Both the position numbers and the translations under genes were made by a program. The notes below the pieces were generated by a model. It was not told where the DNA came from. It did no database searches and saw nothing but the letters and a program-made list of their open reading frames with translations. Shown here piece by piece: positions 52,859 to 64,000 of a stretch of 64,000 nucleotides of DNA; positions within the stretch are counted from its first letter, which is position 1, and each line of letters starts with the position of its first letter. Source of the DNA: Paramoeba atlantica (lineage: Eukaryota; Protista; Discosea); the NCBI GenBank assembly GCA_977017575.1, contig CDRNVI010000137.1, positions 1 through 64,000 of the forward strand, in the 5' to 3' direction.

Positions 52859-53601
52859 ACTCTTCCATTCTCAGTGTTTTGGACTTCCCACCACTCTTCT
52901 TCTCTTTCGACAATCGACATCAACTGAACTCTCATCACCATATTTTGATTGATTGATTGTTGTTTTTTCTGTTTCAAGTTATCCAGAAAAAGAAATGTTT
53001 TGAATTAAAAACAAAACCTGAGGGTGTGGTTGATTGTGTTTGTTGTCGTTCACGAGGGAATGAGAGGGGGGGGGGGTGGGGTGTGGCGAGAAGGAACACC
53101 AATCAAAATTGAACAAAAAAAAACAAAAAAAATCACTGAAAGAACAACCAAAAACACACACACAGAAAAAAAAAAAAGAAAAAAAGGGCTGATAGGACCT
53201 GAAATAGAGGTCCATCATATTCGGACCCAAAATAGAGGTCCGTTTTTCTTTTTTTGTTTTTGTGTTTTTTTGTTCGTTTGTTTTTTTTTGGTTTTCCTCA
53301 GTCTTTCTTTTTCCTCTTTCTCTTTTCTTCTGTCTTTTTTTATCTTTCTTTTTGTGGGTTGTTAATTTTTTTTCCTTCTCTTTCTTTGTTTTTTCTTTAT
53401 TTTTTTCTTTCTTTTTTTTGAAATTCCACCACTTTTTCTCTCTTTCCATTGAGGTTTTTTCTCTTTTCTCTTTTCTCTTTTCTTTTTTCTCTTTTCTTTC
53501 TTTTCTCTCATCTTTCTTTTCTCTCATCTTTCTTTTCTCTTTCTCTTTTCTTTTTATTAATTTGGATTGATATTAAAAGAAGAAAAAAAAGAAGAGAAAG
53601 T

Positions 53602-53720
53602 GTCTTCGGTCATACCCAGTTGAAAGCACCCGATCCCATCAGAACTCGGAAGTTAAGCAGCTGTGGGCTCGGTTAGTAGAATGGTGGGTGACCACATTCG
53701 AATCCCGAGTGCTGAAGACC
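53602..53720 (+). rRNA. 5S rRNA (intact, 119 nt)
   Basis: GTCTTCGG...CTGAAGAC terminal helix, internal CCGATCCCATCAGAACTCGGAAGTTAAGC, T-rich terminator. Confidence 0.95.
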
Positions 53721-53742
53721 TTCTCTTTTCTTTTTTTTTTCT

Positions 53743-53773
<31 letters not shown>

Positions 53774-56700
53774 CAATGAAAGAGATTTTTATTCGAAATA
53801 GATGGTTGTAAGAGAAGGGAATGGTTGCACATTCAGCAGAATATCTCACCCAGTGAGAGGAGGAACTGCAGAAAAAGGGGGTAGTACATGTGGAAAGAAG
53901 AGGGGGGAATGGAAATGTCATTTGGATTGAGAGATGATGAGAAGCACAGAGAGTGATGGGTCAAAAGGGGGTTGCTGGGTTTTAGATTTTCCTGTATGCT
54001 CATCATGTGGTTTGCCATTGCTTTCATTAGTGCAGCTGAAATCTTCTTCTTTGCTCTTCTTAAGAAGAGGGGGAGGGGGTTGGCATCCAGGACCCGGTCG
54101 TTTTGGAGGGCAATTGAGGTGAGGGATCGGAGGAGTGCACTAATGTCAGGGGATATTCCACCACCTGAGGATGAAGATGCTGGAAGGAAGGATGACTTCA
54201 CCTTGGAGAAACGGAAAGAGTTATTTGTTTAAGGGTCTGTTTCTCCTCAGGGGTGTCTCTGCCCCTTCCTGCATTTTAAAGTCTGTTTCAGTCAGACATC
54301 TGTCCACATATTCTCTGTGTTTCATGATCCTGGCATGGTGTGCAGCAGGTGAGAGGGTGTCGAGTATGGGGTCAGAGTGGGTTTTGGTGGGTGTTTGGAT
54401 CACACAGCGAAAGTGGGGGGTTTTGTGGGTTGACACAACTTGGACATCAATACACAGATCCTGGTCACCTTGCCACTCGCGGATTGTAAGATCAGGTTGC
54501 TTGTGTGACACTTCCCAATTGGCCGGTAGGCTCCATCTCAGATTGTTGTTTTTCCCGCCGCCCAGCTGGCAATGTTCTTGAGTTCATCACGGAGAGCATG
54601 GTGTCTTCTTGTGTGGTTCCTCTTCCATGACTGGTGCAATCTGAGAGGTGGAGGGAGGATGCAGCACAGAGTTCTTTTTCACAGAATCCACACTTGACAG
54701 CCCCAAGTTCACAGAGAGCCCCAAGGTGTGGGTCAACTATGTCAAGCCTACATCGGTAGGCTGAGCGAAAATCTTCAGCATTTAAGGCTTGATATGGCTT
54801 TGGCCCAGAGGTGTCCTTGTCTGGGTAGGCTGTCATCCACAAGTGGGTGGTGGGGCCAACCTCATTCTCACGGATTGCACGGCAGAGGTTTTTGTCTTGT
54901 GTTGGGTCCATGATCTTCTTTTTGACATCCTGAAGTTCACAGGAGGTGAACTTCTTCTGTGGTTTGTAGTTTTCTCCAGTGTCCATTGAGTCAGATGGTG
55001 GCTCTGTCAATCGAGTTAGGAGCTCATGGACAGAGGTACCACTTGGCAGTTTCCACTCGCTCAAGATGAAGCTTTCAAAATGGTCATATATGCTTGGTGG
55101 AGAGCCTGGTGCTGGGGTGAGTCACTCTTCCAGAAGTCTTCAAAGAGGTTGATAAGTTCAGGTTTGAACTCAGAGCAGGATTGGTAGACTGAGATCCAGG
55201 AGCCAAGGAAGGCTGCTTGGTGGGTGTTCTGAGAGTAGCTCAAGCCACCACCACCTTTTGACTTTGGAAGGCCTGCAGCTTCTACTCGAGAGAGATGGAG
55301 TTCTTTGTTTGGATGCAGGTGGGGGACTTGGAGGGGGTTGAGGAGGTAATTGATGTTTGTTGTAGTGGTTTGCTTGATGAAGTCTTGGAAAGGGGTTAAA
55401 GAGAGAGGTGTTGTGTGGCAGATGTATGTTAGTTTGGGTGTGATGGTTTTGACAAAAAGCTCGAGACTTTCATGGGGGTTGGAGAACATTATTAAACAGT
55501 GGTCTTGTGATGCTTGTTGGTATTCTTGAGCAAGGGTGTGAAGCCACTTGGAAATTTGAGTGTTCAGCCCGATGGGTGACCCTAGAACTGTGATTACTTC
55601 CACCTTCCCAATGCCAAGATTTTTGAGGTCATTGCTCCTGGGCGCTTCAGGAGAGAAACAGACCATTTTGCCCCTTTCTGTGCCAAGTTTGAGGTTGGCA
55701 TTTGGGAGGACACTCTGGATCTGAGTGGTGATTTCTGCAATGGCAACTGGGCTCCCACAAACAAATATATCATCGACAAAGAGGAGAAGAAGAAGTGCAT
55801 TCGGTGGAGCATCAACCTTCTGAAAGATTGGATTGAGGATTCCATGAAATCCCAGACAAAAGAAAATTGTCCCGAGGGGATCTCCTTGCTGGACACCCTC
55901 CTCCATGGTGAGGGTGTGGTTCCGGTCATGAGAGAGGAGGGGTGTTACCGAAGAATAGAAGGTGTAGAGGTATGGAAGTAATACAGGGGCCAGCTGGACT
56001 GTGCTCTCAAAGATGGTTTTTCTTGAGATGGAATTGAAGGCATTAACAATGTCCAGTTTCACGGCATAATGTTGTGGGTGGAGGTGGAGATAGGCTGTGA
56101 TATTGCTTTGTGGACCATTTCTGCACCACTTGGCAAGCATACACCATACTGATGGGACAATTTCTCAGGAATTCCCTCGTGTTGGACTTCAAGAACAAGT
56201 GCAATTGCTGCCCACCTCTTGAGAACTTCAGCAACACCAATTGGACGGATCCCTTTGTCCCCTTTTGCCAGAGGAATGAAGAGAGAGGTTGCCATGATGT
56301 TGTGTATGGTTTCATTGAGTTTTTGGTTGGTGATTAAGACAGTCAATTCTTTGAGGGTTGAGCAGAGTTCTTGGTCTGTGCATAGGAGTGTGACAAACTC
56401 ATAAGACATTCCTGAGAGCCCTGGTGTGCGGCCTTTTGGAAGTCTCCGAAGGGCCAGATCAAGTGAGTCAAAGGACTGAAACTCATCTTGTTCAAGGATT
56501 GCTGGTTTCCAGTCAGGAATTTCGGCTCGATCTGGTGGAGTCCACGCCTGCTCAGATCTTGGGTAGAGGTTCTTTGCAGTTTCATGATTTTCTGGGACTG
56601 AGAGATCCCTGAATCCACTCTTGGATTGAAGCTTCCTTGCAGCTTTGGAGAGATGTCCTTTTCTGACCTCTTCAATAATCTGGTCTGCCTTGGTTTTCTT

Positions 56701-58400
56701 GGTGGACTTCTGCCTCCTCTTTTGCTTGAGTTTGCTGAGCTCGCCCTCAAGTTTTTTGTGGAGTCTCTCCCACTCAAAATTTCGCACCATGGTGCATCGA
56801 GATTTCACTTCTTTCATTCCTCGAGTACCCCTTCTAAGGCAGCCAAAGATCCATTTTGGGAGGAGGATCAGGAGTTGGGGTATCTTATGAAAGAGGTGTT
56901 GTACAGCACAAAAAGTTTTGATGACTGTATCACGAAGGCAGAGTGGTACTGAGTCCATGTAGCAGAGGGGGATGTGTTTTGAGAAGGAGTCTCCTTCAAG
57001 AGAGAGGATGAAGTTCATTGTAGTCTCTTCTTTGCTTCCATGAGGAAGGGTTGTAGAGCACCCATGATTGAAGAAGAGTTGTTGGATGTGTTGTGGGTCT
57101 GGGTCGAGGATGGGTGTGATTCTCCAGGTGTTGTCAGGGCATCCTCTGTGTACTGCTAAACTTGTGATCCTATCTGCCAAAGAGTTGTTCTCGCAGTTTC
57201 TCCAGTTAATATGGTTTTCAGGGCTTGGGAATGGATGAGAGAGTGGACAATTTCCTTGTTCTCATGAATGACACAGAGTGATGAGCTTCCAACGCACCAT
57301 CCATTTGGGTTGGTAGCAACAGATCCATCCCCACAGATGAAAAAGAAGTTGTCTTTGACATTTGTGAGCGAGATTTCGGGAGGCTGTGGTGCAGGTTTCC
57401 AGTGTTGCCAGAACTGTAGGAGAAAGGCTATTCTCCCCGTGCTACTTGTGATTCGAGAGAAGGGGGACGATATCTCATCTTGCTTTGTTTGTTGAGCATT
57501 TTTGAAATCTGAGGAGAGAATGGGAGTAAGGTCTTAGTTTTTCTGTTGGCCACCAAAGAGGTGGTTGATTCCAAGTCCAAGGAGGTCACGAGCTCTGCAT
57601 GTTTGGAGGGAGCTTGTTCTTGCGCGATCCAAGTTTCTGAAGCGGGGGACAGTTAAGACTATATCTTCAAAGGAGCCATTTTCGAAGAGTTCAAGGATAA
57701 GGGAGAGGGAGGGAGGAGTTTGTTGAAAAGAAGGTGGGCCATGAGAAGAAGGGTGGTGGGAAAGTTGTTGGGGAGGGGGAGCGAGAGGGGAGTGAGAGGG
57801 GGTGTGGGAAGGGAGGTGGTGAGGTGGGCTTGGAGGGGGGCAAATGAGGTGGATGGGAAGGAGGGTGGAGAGGTGTGAGGTGAGGGGTGAGATGGGAGGA
57901 GGAAAAGGGGTGATGGGATGGTTTTCTGTGCTGTTGTGGCATTGTGTTGAACAATAATGCATTTGGCAGTGGTTACAGGAGATGTGGGAGCCAACTTCTG
58001 CTTTACCATTGCATTCAGGGTTGTTACAGGAAGGGGGAGGGGTGCCAGAGGGATTGAGATCAGGATTAAGATTGAGATGAAGAGTGGGATAGGGAGTGGG
58101 GGAGGGGAGTGGGGAGGGAGGGGGGAGGGAAGTGGGGAGGGAGGGTGGGAGGGAATTGGGGAGGGAGGGTGGGAGGGGGGATTGGAGGGAGAGCAGGGAG
58201 GGGAGGTTAGGGATGGGAGAGGTTGGGGGGGGGGGGAGGAAGAGGGTGACAGAGAGTTTGTGACTTCCTGTGGTGGGAAAAGGAGCAGAATGTAAGGAGG
58301 CACTTCTCGCATTGGGAGACTATTACTTTTTGGTGTTGGCCTCTGCATCTTCAGTATGAGCAATTGCCAAGGAATTTTGGAGGATGTGAAGTTGTCTTCT
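53774..58400 (-). mobile_element. CRE-like non-LTR retrotransposon (Pro-rich/Zn finger - RNase H remnant - RT - Cys/His finger - RLE endonuclease), frameshifted
   Basis: RT: GIRPIGVAEVLKR, QYGV, KLDIVNAFNSISR, GVQQGDPLG..F, FVDD. Finger: CGFC..HLSDC, then RRHHALRD. RLE: QPDL..IDVQV, FLPASS..GG, SIALQ. Poly(A) = T-run 53722-53773. Confidence 0.85.
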
Positions 58401-59399
58401 GGGCCTGAGGATTGTCCATTCGATTTAGTTCTTTTTCTCTTTCTTTTCTGTTTCTTTCATTCTTTTCTTTTTCTGATTTTTCTCTTTCTTCCTCTTTTTT
58501 TCCATTCTTTTTCCTTCCTGTTTTTTTTCCTCCTCTATTTTCTTTTTCTTTTCATTCTCTTCCTTTCTTTTCTCTCTTTCTTCGTTGTTTCTGCTCCTGC
58601 TCTCTCGCTTTTTTGGGGTTCTCTTTGTCTTTTTCCTTCCTTTTCTCTTTCTCTGACCTCTTCTTTTTTTCCTTCTTTTTCTTTTTCTTGCTCTCCTTCT
58701 TGGCTGTGACTCTTTCTCCACTTGGCCTGAGTGAAGTTTTGGGAACTGAAAGTTTTCTGTGCTATCTGGTTTGAGGGTGCTCAGGATCAAGAGGCATGGC
58801 TGTGGCAATCTCGAAAATCTTTTGTTATGTCAGGGGTGGGGAGCAGAGCTTTTGAAGGTGGGGTTTGAGAGGAAGAGGGGAGAGTGGGTATTGATTTGGA
58901 TGAAGTGGGAAGTGATTGGTGGTGTGGTTGGTTTGTGGTTTGTTGTTTGTTGTTTTTCAAGGGGAAAAAGTCTTTTTTTTTTCTCTTTTTTTCTTTTCTT
59001 TTTCTTTTGAAATCTCTTTTTTTTTTCCTTTCCTCCCCTCCCTCCTTTTTTTTTTTTTTGTCTTTTTGTCTTTTTCACTTTGTTTTTGTTTTTCTTTTCT
59101 TTCTCTTTCATTCTTCTTCTCTCTTTTGGGATTTTTAAATTCTTTGTTTTTCTTTTGTCTCTCCTTTCTCCCTTTCTCACCACCACTCTTTCTCTCTTTC
59201 TAGAGCGCAAACATGCCCAAAGTTGTGCAGGTAGTGCCATGACAAAGACTTTTTTCTTTTTTTGTTCTTTTGTTTTGGAGTTGAATCGTCCTGGCCCTTG
59301 AAATTGCTCAAAAAAATTGTTGTACAACTCTGATTAAGGCAAGTATTTCTTTCAATCCCCAAAATTCTTTTGGATTTTGAATTCAAAGACTCTCTTCTT

Positions 59400-60950
59400 G
59401 AAACTGATCTTTTTTTTTTTTTGAAAAAAAGGCTCATGAAACCCATAAAGAAGCGATTCTTGAAAGGAGTGCAGGCTGAGTGTGAATATTGTCAAGTACC
59501 AGACCACAAAGCAATGACTTATGCTGGACCATTCATTGCTGTTCCTTCCTTGTTTGAGGAGAAATGGTGAAAACAATTAGAAAAGGCTTTAGACTGAAAA
59601 ATTATTAGAGAAGGACTGACCTCCTGGAACCAGTGATTGAAACACTGAAAATTGCGAATTGTTGTTGAACATTTTGTTTTGGATGAAAATGGTTGTTTTT
59701 CTTTATTGGCCCCCAAATTCTTTGATAAAGTTGGGCAATCTGGTTTTGTGGAAGTGGTGGGGAATTTTCTGGTGGTTTATGAAGTGGTCATGATTGAAAC
59801 AAGGAAAGCCAACCTGCTTGTGGTTATTTTATTTGCTGCCCACCACACATCAAAGTGTTGGATGACCTTGATCTTTTTGTTGATAAAGTTCATCATTTGA
59901 TTGATCTTCCTGAGGAAATTTCATTTCATGACCTCCTTGCTTGCAAAGAAGACTGAGGAGGATGAGGAGAATGATGAAAAAGGAAAAGAAGAAGAGGAGG
60001 AGCAGGTAAGAACTCTTGAACTTGGTGCTGGTGGATTGCAATTCTCTTTCTTCCCTTGATATGACTCAGAGAAATATTTCTCCTGCAATTTGAGAATTTT
60101 TCTGAATTTTTTTGAAAAAAGACCCTACTCTTCCATCACCAACCACAATCCAATAGATTTGTTGTGAAGGCAGCATCCAATCAAAATTAGAAGCACTACT
60201 ATGAGTCCAAGAATGAAAATCCTCAACTCTCTCTCATGATGGAAGTTCATCACAAGGACAAAATCTTCTTTCTGTTGGGATTCAGGGCAAAGGTAAGCAT
60301 GTTAATTTAGGTATTTGAGAAACAGTTGATCATGATGCCCTGTCAATTGCAAAGAATATTTTTTCTCTTTTAAATGGTCTCCAAAATCTGGCAAAGAAAT
60401 TCCTTAAAACCCAGTCCTTTTCAGATTCTTTGAGCCTCTCTTCTTTTGGATCTGTGATGGGGGATCATACTCTTTCAAACCTAGCAGCAGTTGGAGAATT
60501 GAGTCAAATGGCTGGAAAAATCCTTCAGATTCTTGGTTGCCATGCCCATAAATGTGATCTTGTTGAAGAAGCTTTTTGAAAGGCTCTAATCAAAAATCTA
60601 TCTTCTTGAGTTGAACAGATTGTTGATGATGATAATTTTGATTGTGGTGGTAGATCTGACTTATTGATGAAAGCTCCAACAAGAGTGAAAAATATTCACT
60701 CTTCTTCACACTTTCTGTATCAACTTGAAAAACTTGCACTGACTTCATTAAACAAGTATGGGCATTCTAAAAAATTTCAGGTTTGGACAGCACAACATAA
60801 TTTTATCTACCACCACCTCACACTTCTTCACTCAAATCAGTTTTTAGTTTATTCATACAATAGTTTGATTTGTTATCAAGACTTACACTATTAGGAAATG
60901 TTTGTAGAAAATTGTTTGCCTTCTTCCACTTGAACATTTGAAATAGAGAA
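59400..60950 (-). pseudogene. Unidentified, heavily CpG-depleted coding-like remnant
   Basis: Short broken ORFs with complex composition; no family assigned. Confidence 0.25.
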
Positions 60951-60998
60951 TAAACAAGAAATTATTAAAAGTGATTTTTTTAATATTAATTTTCTTAT

Positions 60999-62349
60999 AA
61001 TTTCAATTTCTTAATTATGTCTCCATATTGAATGCAATTTCCTAATTTATTTTCTGATTCTGTGATATTTTTAGAACTTATATTTCAGATCTATGATATT
61101 TTTTAAGTTGGTTCAATAAAATTTCTTAATTGTTTTTGGTTGATGTATTTGATTTATTTTTTGTTTCATTTTTTTCATATTATTTTTTTGTAATTTCAAT
61201 TTCTTAATTATGTCTCCATATTGAATGCAATTTCCTAATTTATTTTCTGATTCTGTGATATTTTTAGAACTTATATTTCAGATCTATGATATTTTTTAAG
61301 TTGGTTCAATAAAATTTCTTAATTGTTTTTGGTTGATGTATTTGATTTATTTTTTGTTTCATTTTTTTCATATTATTTTTTTGTAATTTCAATTTCTTAA
61401 TTATGTCTCCATATTGAATGCAATTCCTTAATTTATTTTCTGATTCTCTGATATTTTTAGAACTTATATTTCAGATCTATGATATTTTTTAAGTTGGTTC
61501 AATCAAATTTCTTAATTGTTTTGAATTGATGTATTTAATTTATTTTTTATTTTCTTTTTTTCACATTAATTTTTTGTAATTTCAATTTCTTAATTATGTC
61601 TCCATATTGAATGCAATTTCCTAATTTATTTTCTGATTCTGTGATATTTTTAGAACTTATATTTCAGATCTATGATATTTTTTAAGTTGGTTCAATAAAA
61701 TTTCTTAATTGTTTTTGGTTGATGTATTTGATTTATTTTTTGTTTCATTTTTTTCATATTATTTTTTTGTAATTTCAATTTCTTAATTATGTCTCCATAT
61801 TGAATGCAATTCCTTAATTTATTTTCTGATTCTCTGATATTTTTAGAACTTATATTTCAGATCTATGATATTTTTTAAGTTGGTTCAATCAAATTTCTTA
61901 ATTGTTTTGAATTGATGTATTTAATTTATTTTTTATTTTCTTTTTTTCACATTAATTTTTTGTAATTTCAATTTCTTAATTATGTCTCCATATTGAATGC
62001 AATTTCCTAATTTATTTTCTGATTCTGTGATATTTTTAGAACTTATATTTCAGATCTATGATATTTTTTAAGTTGGTTCAATAAAATTTCTTAATTGTTT
62101 TTGGTTGATGTATTTGATTTATTTTTTGTTTCATTTTTTTCATATTATTTTTTTGTAATTTCAATTTCTTAATTATGTCTCCATATTGAATGCAATTCCT
62201 TAATTTATTTTCTGATTCTCTGATATTTTTAGAACTTATATTTCAGATCTATGATATTTTTTAAGTTGGTTCAATCAAATTTCTTAATTGTTTTGAATTG
62301 ATGTATTTAATTTATTTTTTATTTTCTTTTTTTTCACATTAATTTTTTT
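60999..62349. repeat. Seven tandem 193-bp units in A-A-B-A-B-A-B order
   Basis: AATTTCAATTTCTTAATTATGTCTCC at 60999, 61192, 61385, 61578, 61771, 61964 and 62157. Diagnostic variants: TTTCCTAA/TTCCTTAA, CTGTG/CTCTG, AATAAA/AATCAA. Confidence 0.95.
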
Positions 62350-63479
62350 CTCTTTTTTGAATATTTAAAATCTTATTTTTTTCAAAAATATAAAAATCAA
62401 ATTGAGAAAAATATTTTTATTTTTAGCCAAATAAAGAAAATTAGTTTTGTTTCTGAAATTGATTTTAGTTTTTTGTTTGTTTTTGTTGGTTTTTGTTTCA
62501 TTGCTTCATTTCACCTAAATTCCTTTTCAAGAATTTATTATCTTCTTTTTTAAAAAAAAAAAAATCTTTTATCTTTTTTGTTAAAGTAATTTCATTGTAA
62601 AATTTAAAACTTTTAGTTCATGAATACATTCTTTTTTATGAAACCTTTGAATGAGAAAAGTTGACTCTTTGTTAAACTTTAATTAAGTAATGTTATTGTT
62701 TTTATGAAAAATTGATTTTTAATAATTCAAATGAAAAAGAATGAATAAAAACTTTCACAACTATAAGTTGTTTTTTTCAAATTGACTAACAACAAAACAG
62801 AAAACTTTTCAAAACCTAGGGTAATCTGCTTTTTGGAGTGAAATCAAAAATATGAAAACACTTTACAAAGATTGAACCTTCTCAAATTGATAAAATTGTT
62901 AAGTATGTGTAAAAATGTAATGGAAACCAAGTTTCATTGATTCAAACCACCTTCAAAGATTGGATTAATACCACTTTCTCAAAAGCAATCTTTTTCACCT
63001 GAATTTATTTCTTTGTTTAGAGTGAAAAACAACTTTTTCTTATTGATTCAGAGTCATTTGAGGTAGAGAGGTGCAGTTTGTTTGAGGAAAAGCTGAAACA
63101 AAATACAAAAAAATTGTAAGAAAAGATTGATGCTACTCACTCTCAATTGATCATAAATATTAATGAAACTGATTTTAATTGCAAAAAAGATATTGAAAAA
63201 CTCAAAGTTGTTTTAATATATAATTGCTCTTATATATATTATTCCTCTTGAAATGAATTCTATATCACTTTAATGCTTATAGTTGGTATTATTGGATGGA
63301 GTCTTTCAATTTTTGCAACTATCAAAACAATATTCTTTGTTTTAGACTTAAAGGTGATGTATAATTTCTCAATAAATGAGTAGTATTATGTAATATTATT
63401 TTCATCATCAAATATTAATAATAAGTTATTTTTTTATTAAATTGATAAAATTTTTGTTCTAAAAGTAATTATAAGATGT

Positions 63480-64000
63480 TGATTTTTAGAGTTCAAAGAT
63501 AATACCAAAACTCTTCTTATCTTAAATAGTTGTTTTGTTTATAGTGTTGCAAATCTTCAAGCCTTAACTTGTAATTTCACAAAGTAATTCATTTAAAACA
63601 TAATTTTTTCTAGTATGGGTTTTGAACATTGTCTTGGTAAGAATTATACAATCTTCAACAATCACAATCTTTTTTATCATTGATCTAATACTTTGTATCT
63701 CTTTTAAGTAGTCTATAAATTCACCAATATTGTTAAAGCTAAGAGAAATGGTTTCAAACCTACCACATATTTCTCTCTCTTTCCTGAAAACTGCAAAATC
63801 TGCACCCCCCAGATAAAGGCCTGTATATCTTGAATCATTATAAAACATTTAAAAGCTTTTGAATTTAAAGCTTTTCTTCTTTTTAGATTCTTTTTTGATT
63901 TGAGTTCTTGGAGGCTAAAGAAGGATTTTATTCTTTCTCAGGATTTTTCTAACAATTTTTATAGTAAACTAAACTAATTTAGTTTCTTCTGCACACACTG
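63480..64000 (-). mobile_element. Second copy of the L1-like element's RNase H region; continues beyond the window
   Basis: 63750-64000 is clearly homologous to 9830-10070. The ORF shows FYNDSR (D1 region), NNIGEF (E) and IVIVEDC (D2). Confidence 0.75.

Noticed and set aside
59400-59720. A second 2OG-dioxygenase-like remnant (..CFHHF..YSHSACTPFKNRFF..)
   Set aside because: No intact HxD and several stops; the resemblance could be chance.

Overview
Eukaryotic, AT-rich, homopolymer-rich genomic DNA from a protist. The 2.1-kb AT-expanded 18S looks amoebozoan, possibly Paramoeba-like (my inference, not a database result). The window is a Pol I/Pol III RNA-gene neighbourhood filled with mobile-element debris. 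RNA genes: one complete minus-strand rDNA unit (18S-5.8S-28S), one intact and one decayed 5S gene, two intact tRNAs (Met, Lys) and two damaged tRNAs (Thr, Gly). Mobile elements: a chromodomain Ty3/Gypsy with identical 230-bp LTRs whose RT is deleted in frame; an L1-like LINE with C-terminal RNase H (two copies); a DIRS-like remnant interrupted by a non-LTR 3' fragment; a 1,200-bp PIF/Harbinger-superfamily transposon with TIRs and TSD; a 229-bp CACTA-ended foldback element; and a CRE-like RT+RLE retrotransposon with an apparent N-terminal zinc finger and RNase H remnant, abutting the intact 5S gene. Two tandem arrays (~176 bp and 193 bp) are present. Candidate host genes are a two-exon TET/JBP-like 2OG-Fe(II) dioxygenase, a di-ubiquitin and a PB1/coiled-coil ORF. 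The strongest cross-cutting signal is a mosaic of multi-kb CpG-free repeat blocks beside CpG-rich blocks, with CpG-focused transitions in the dead 5S and tRNA copies, consistent with methylation-driven repeat decay. Coordinates and counts were read by eye and may be off by a few bases. Most F/K/E-rich ORFs in the track are low-complexity artefacts.
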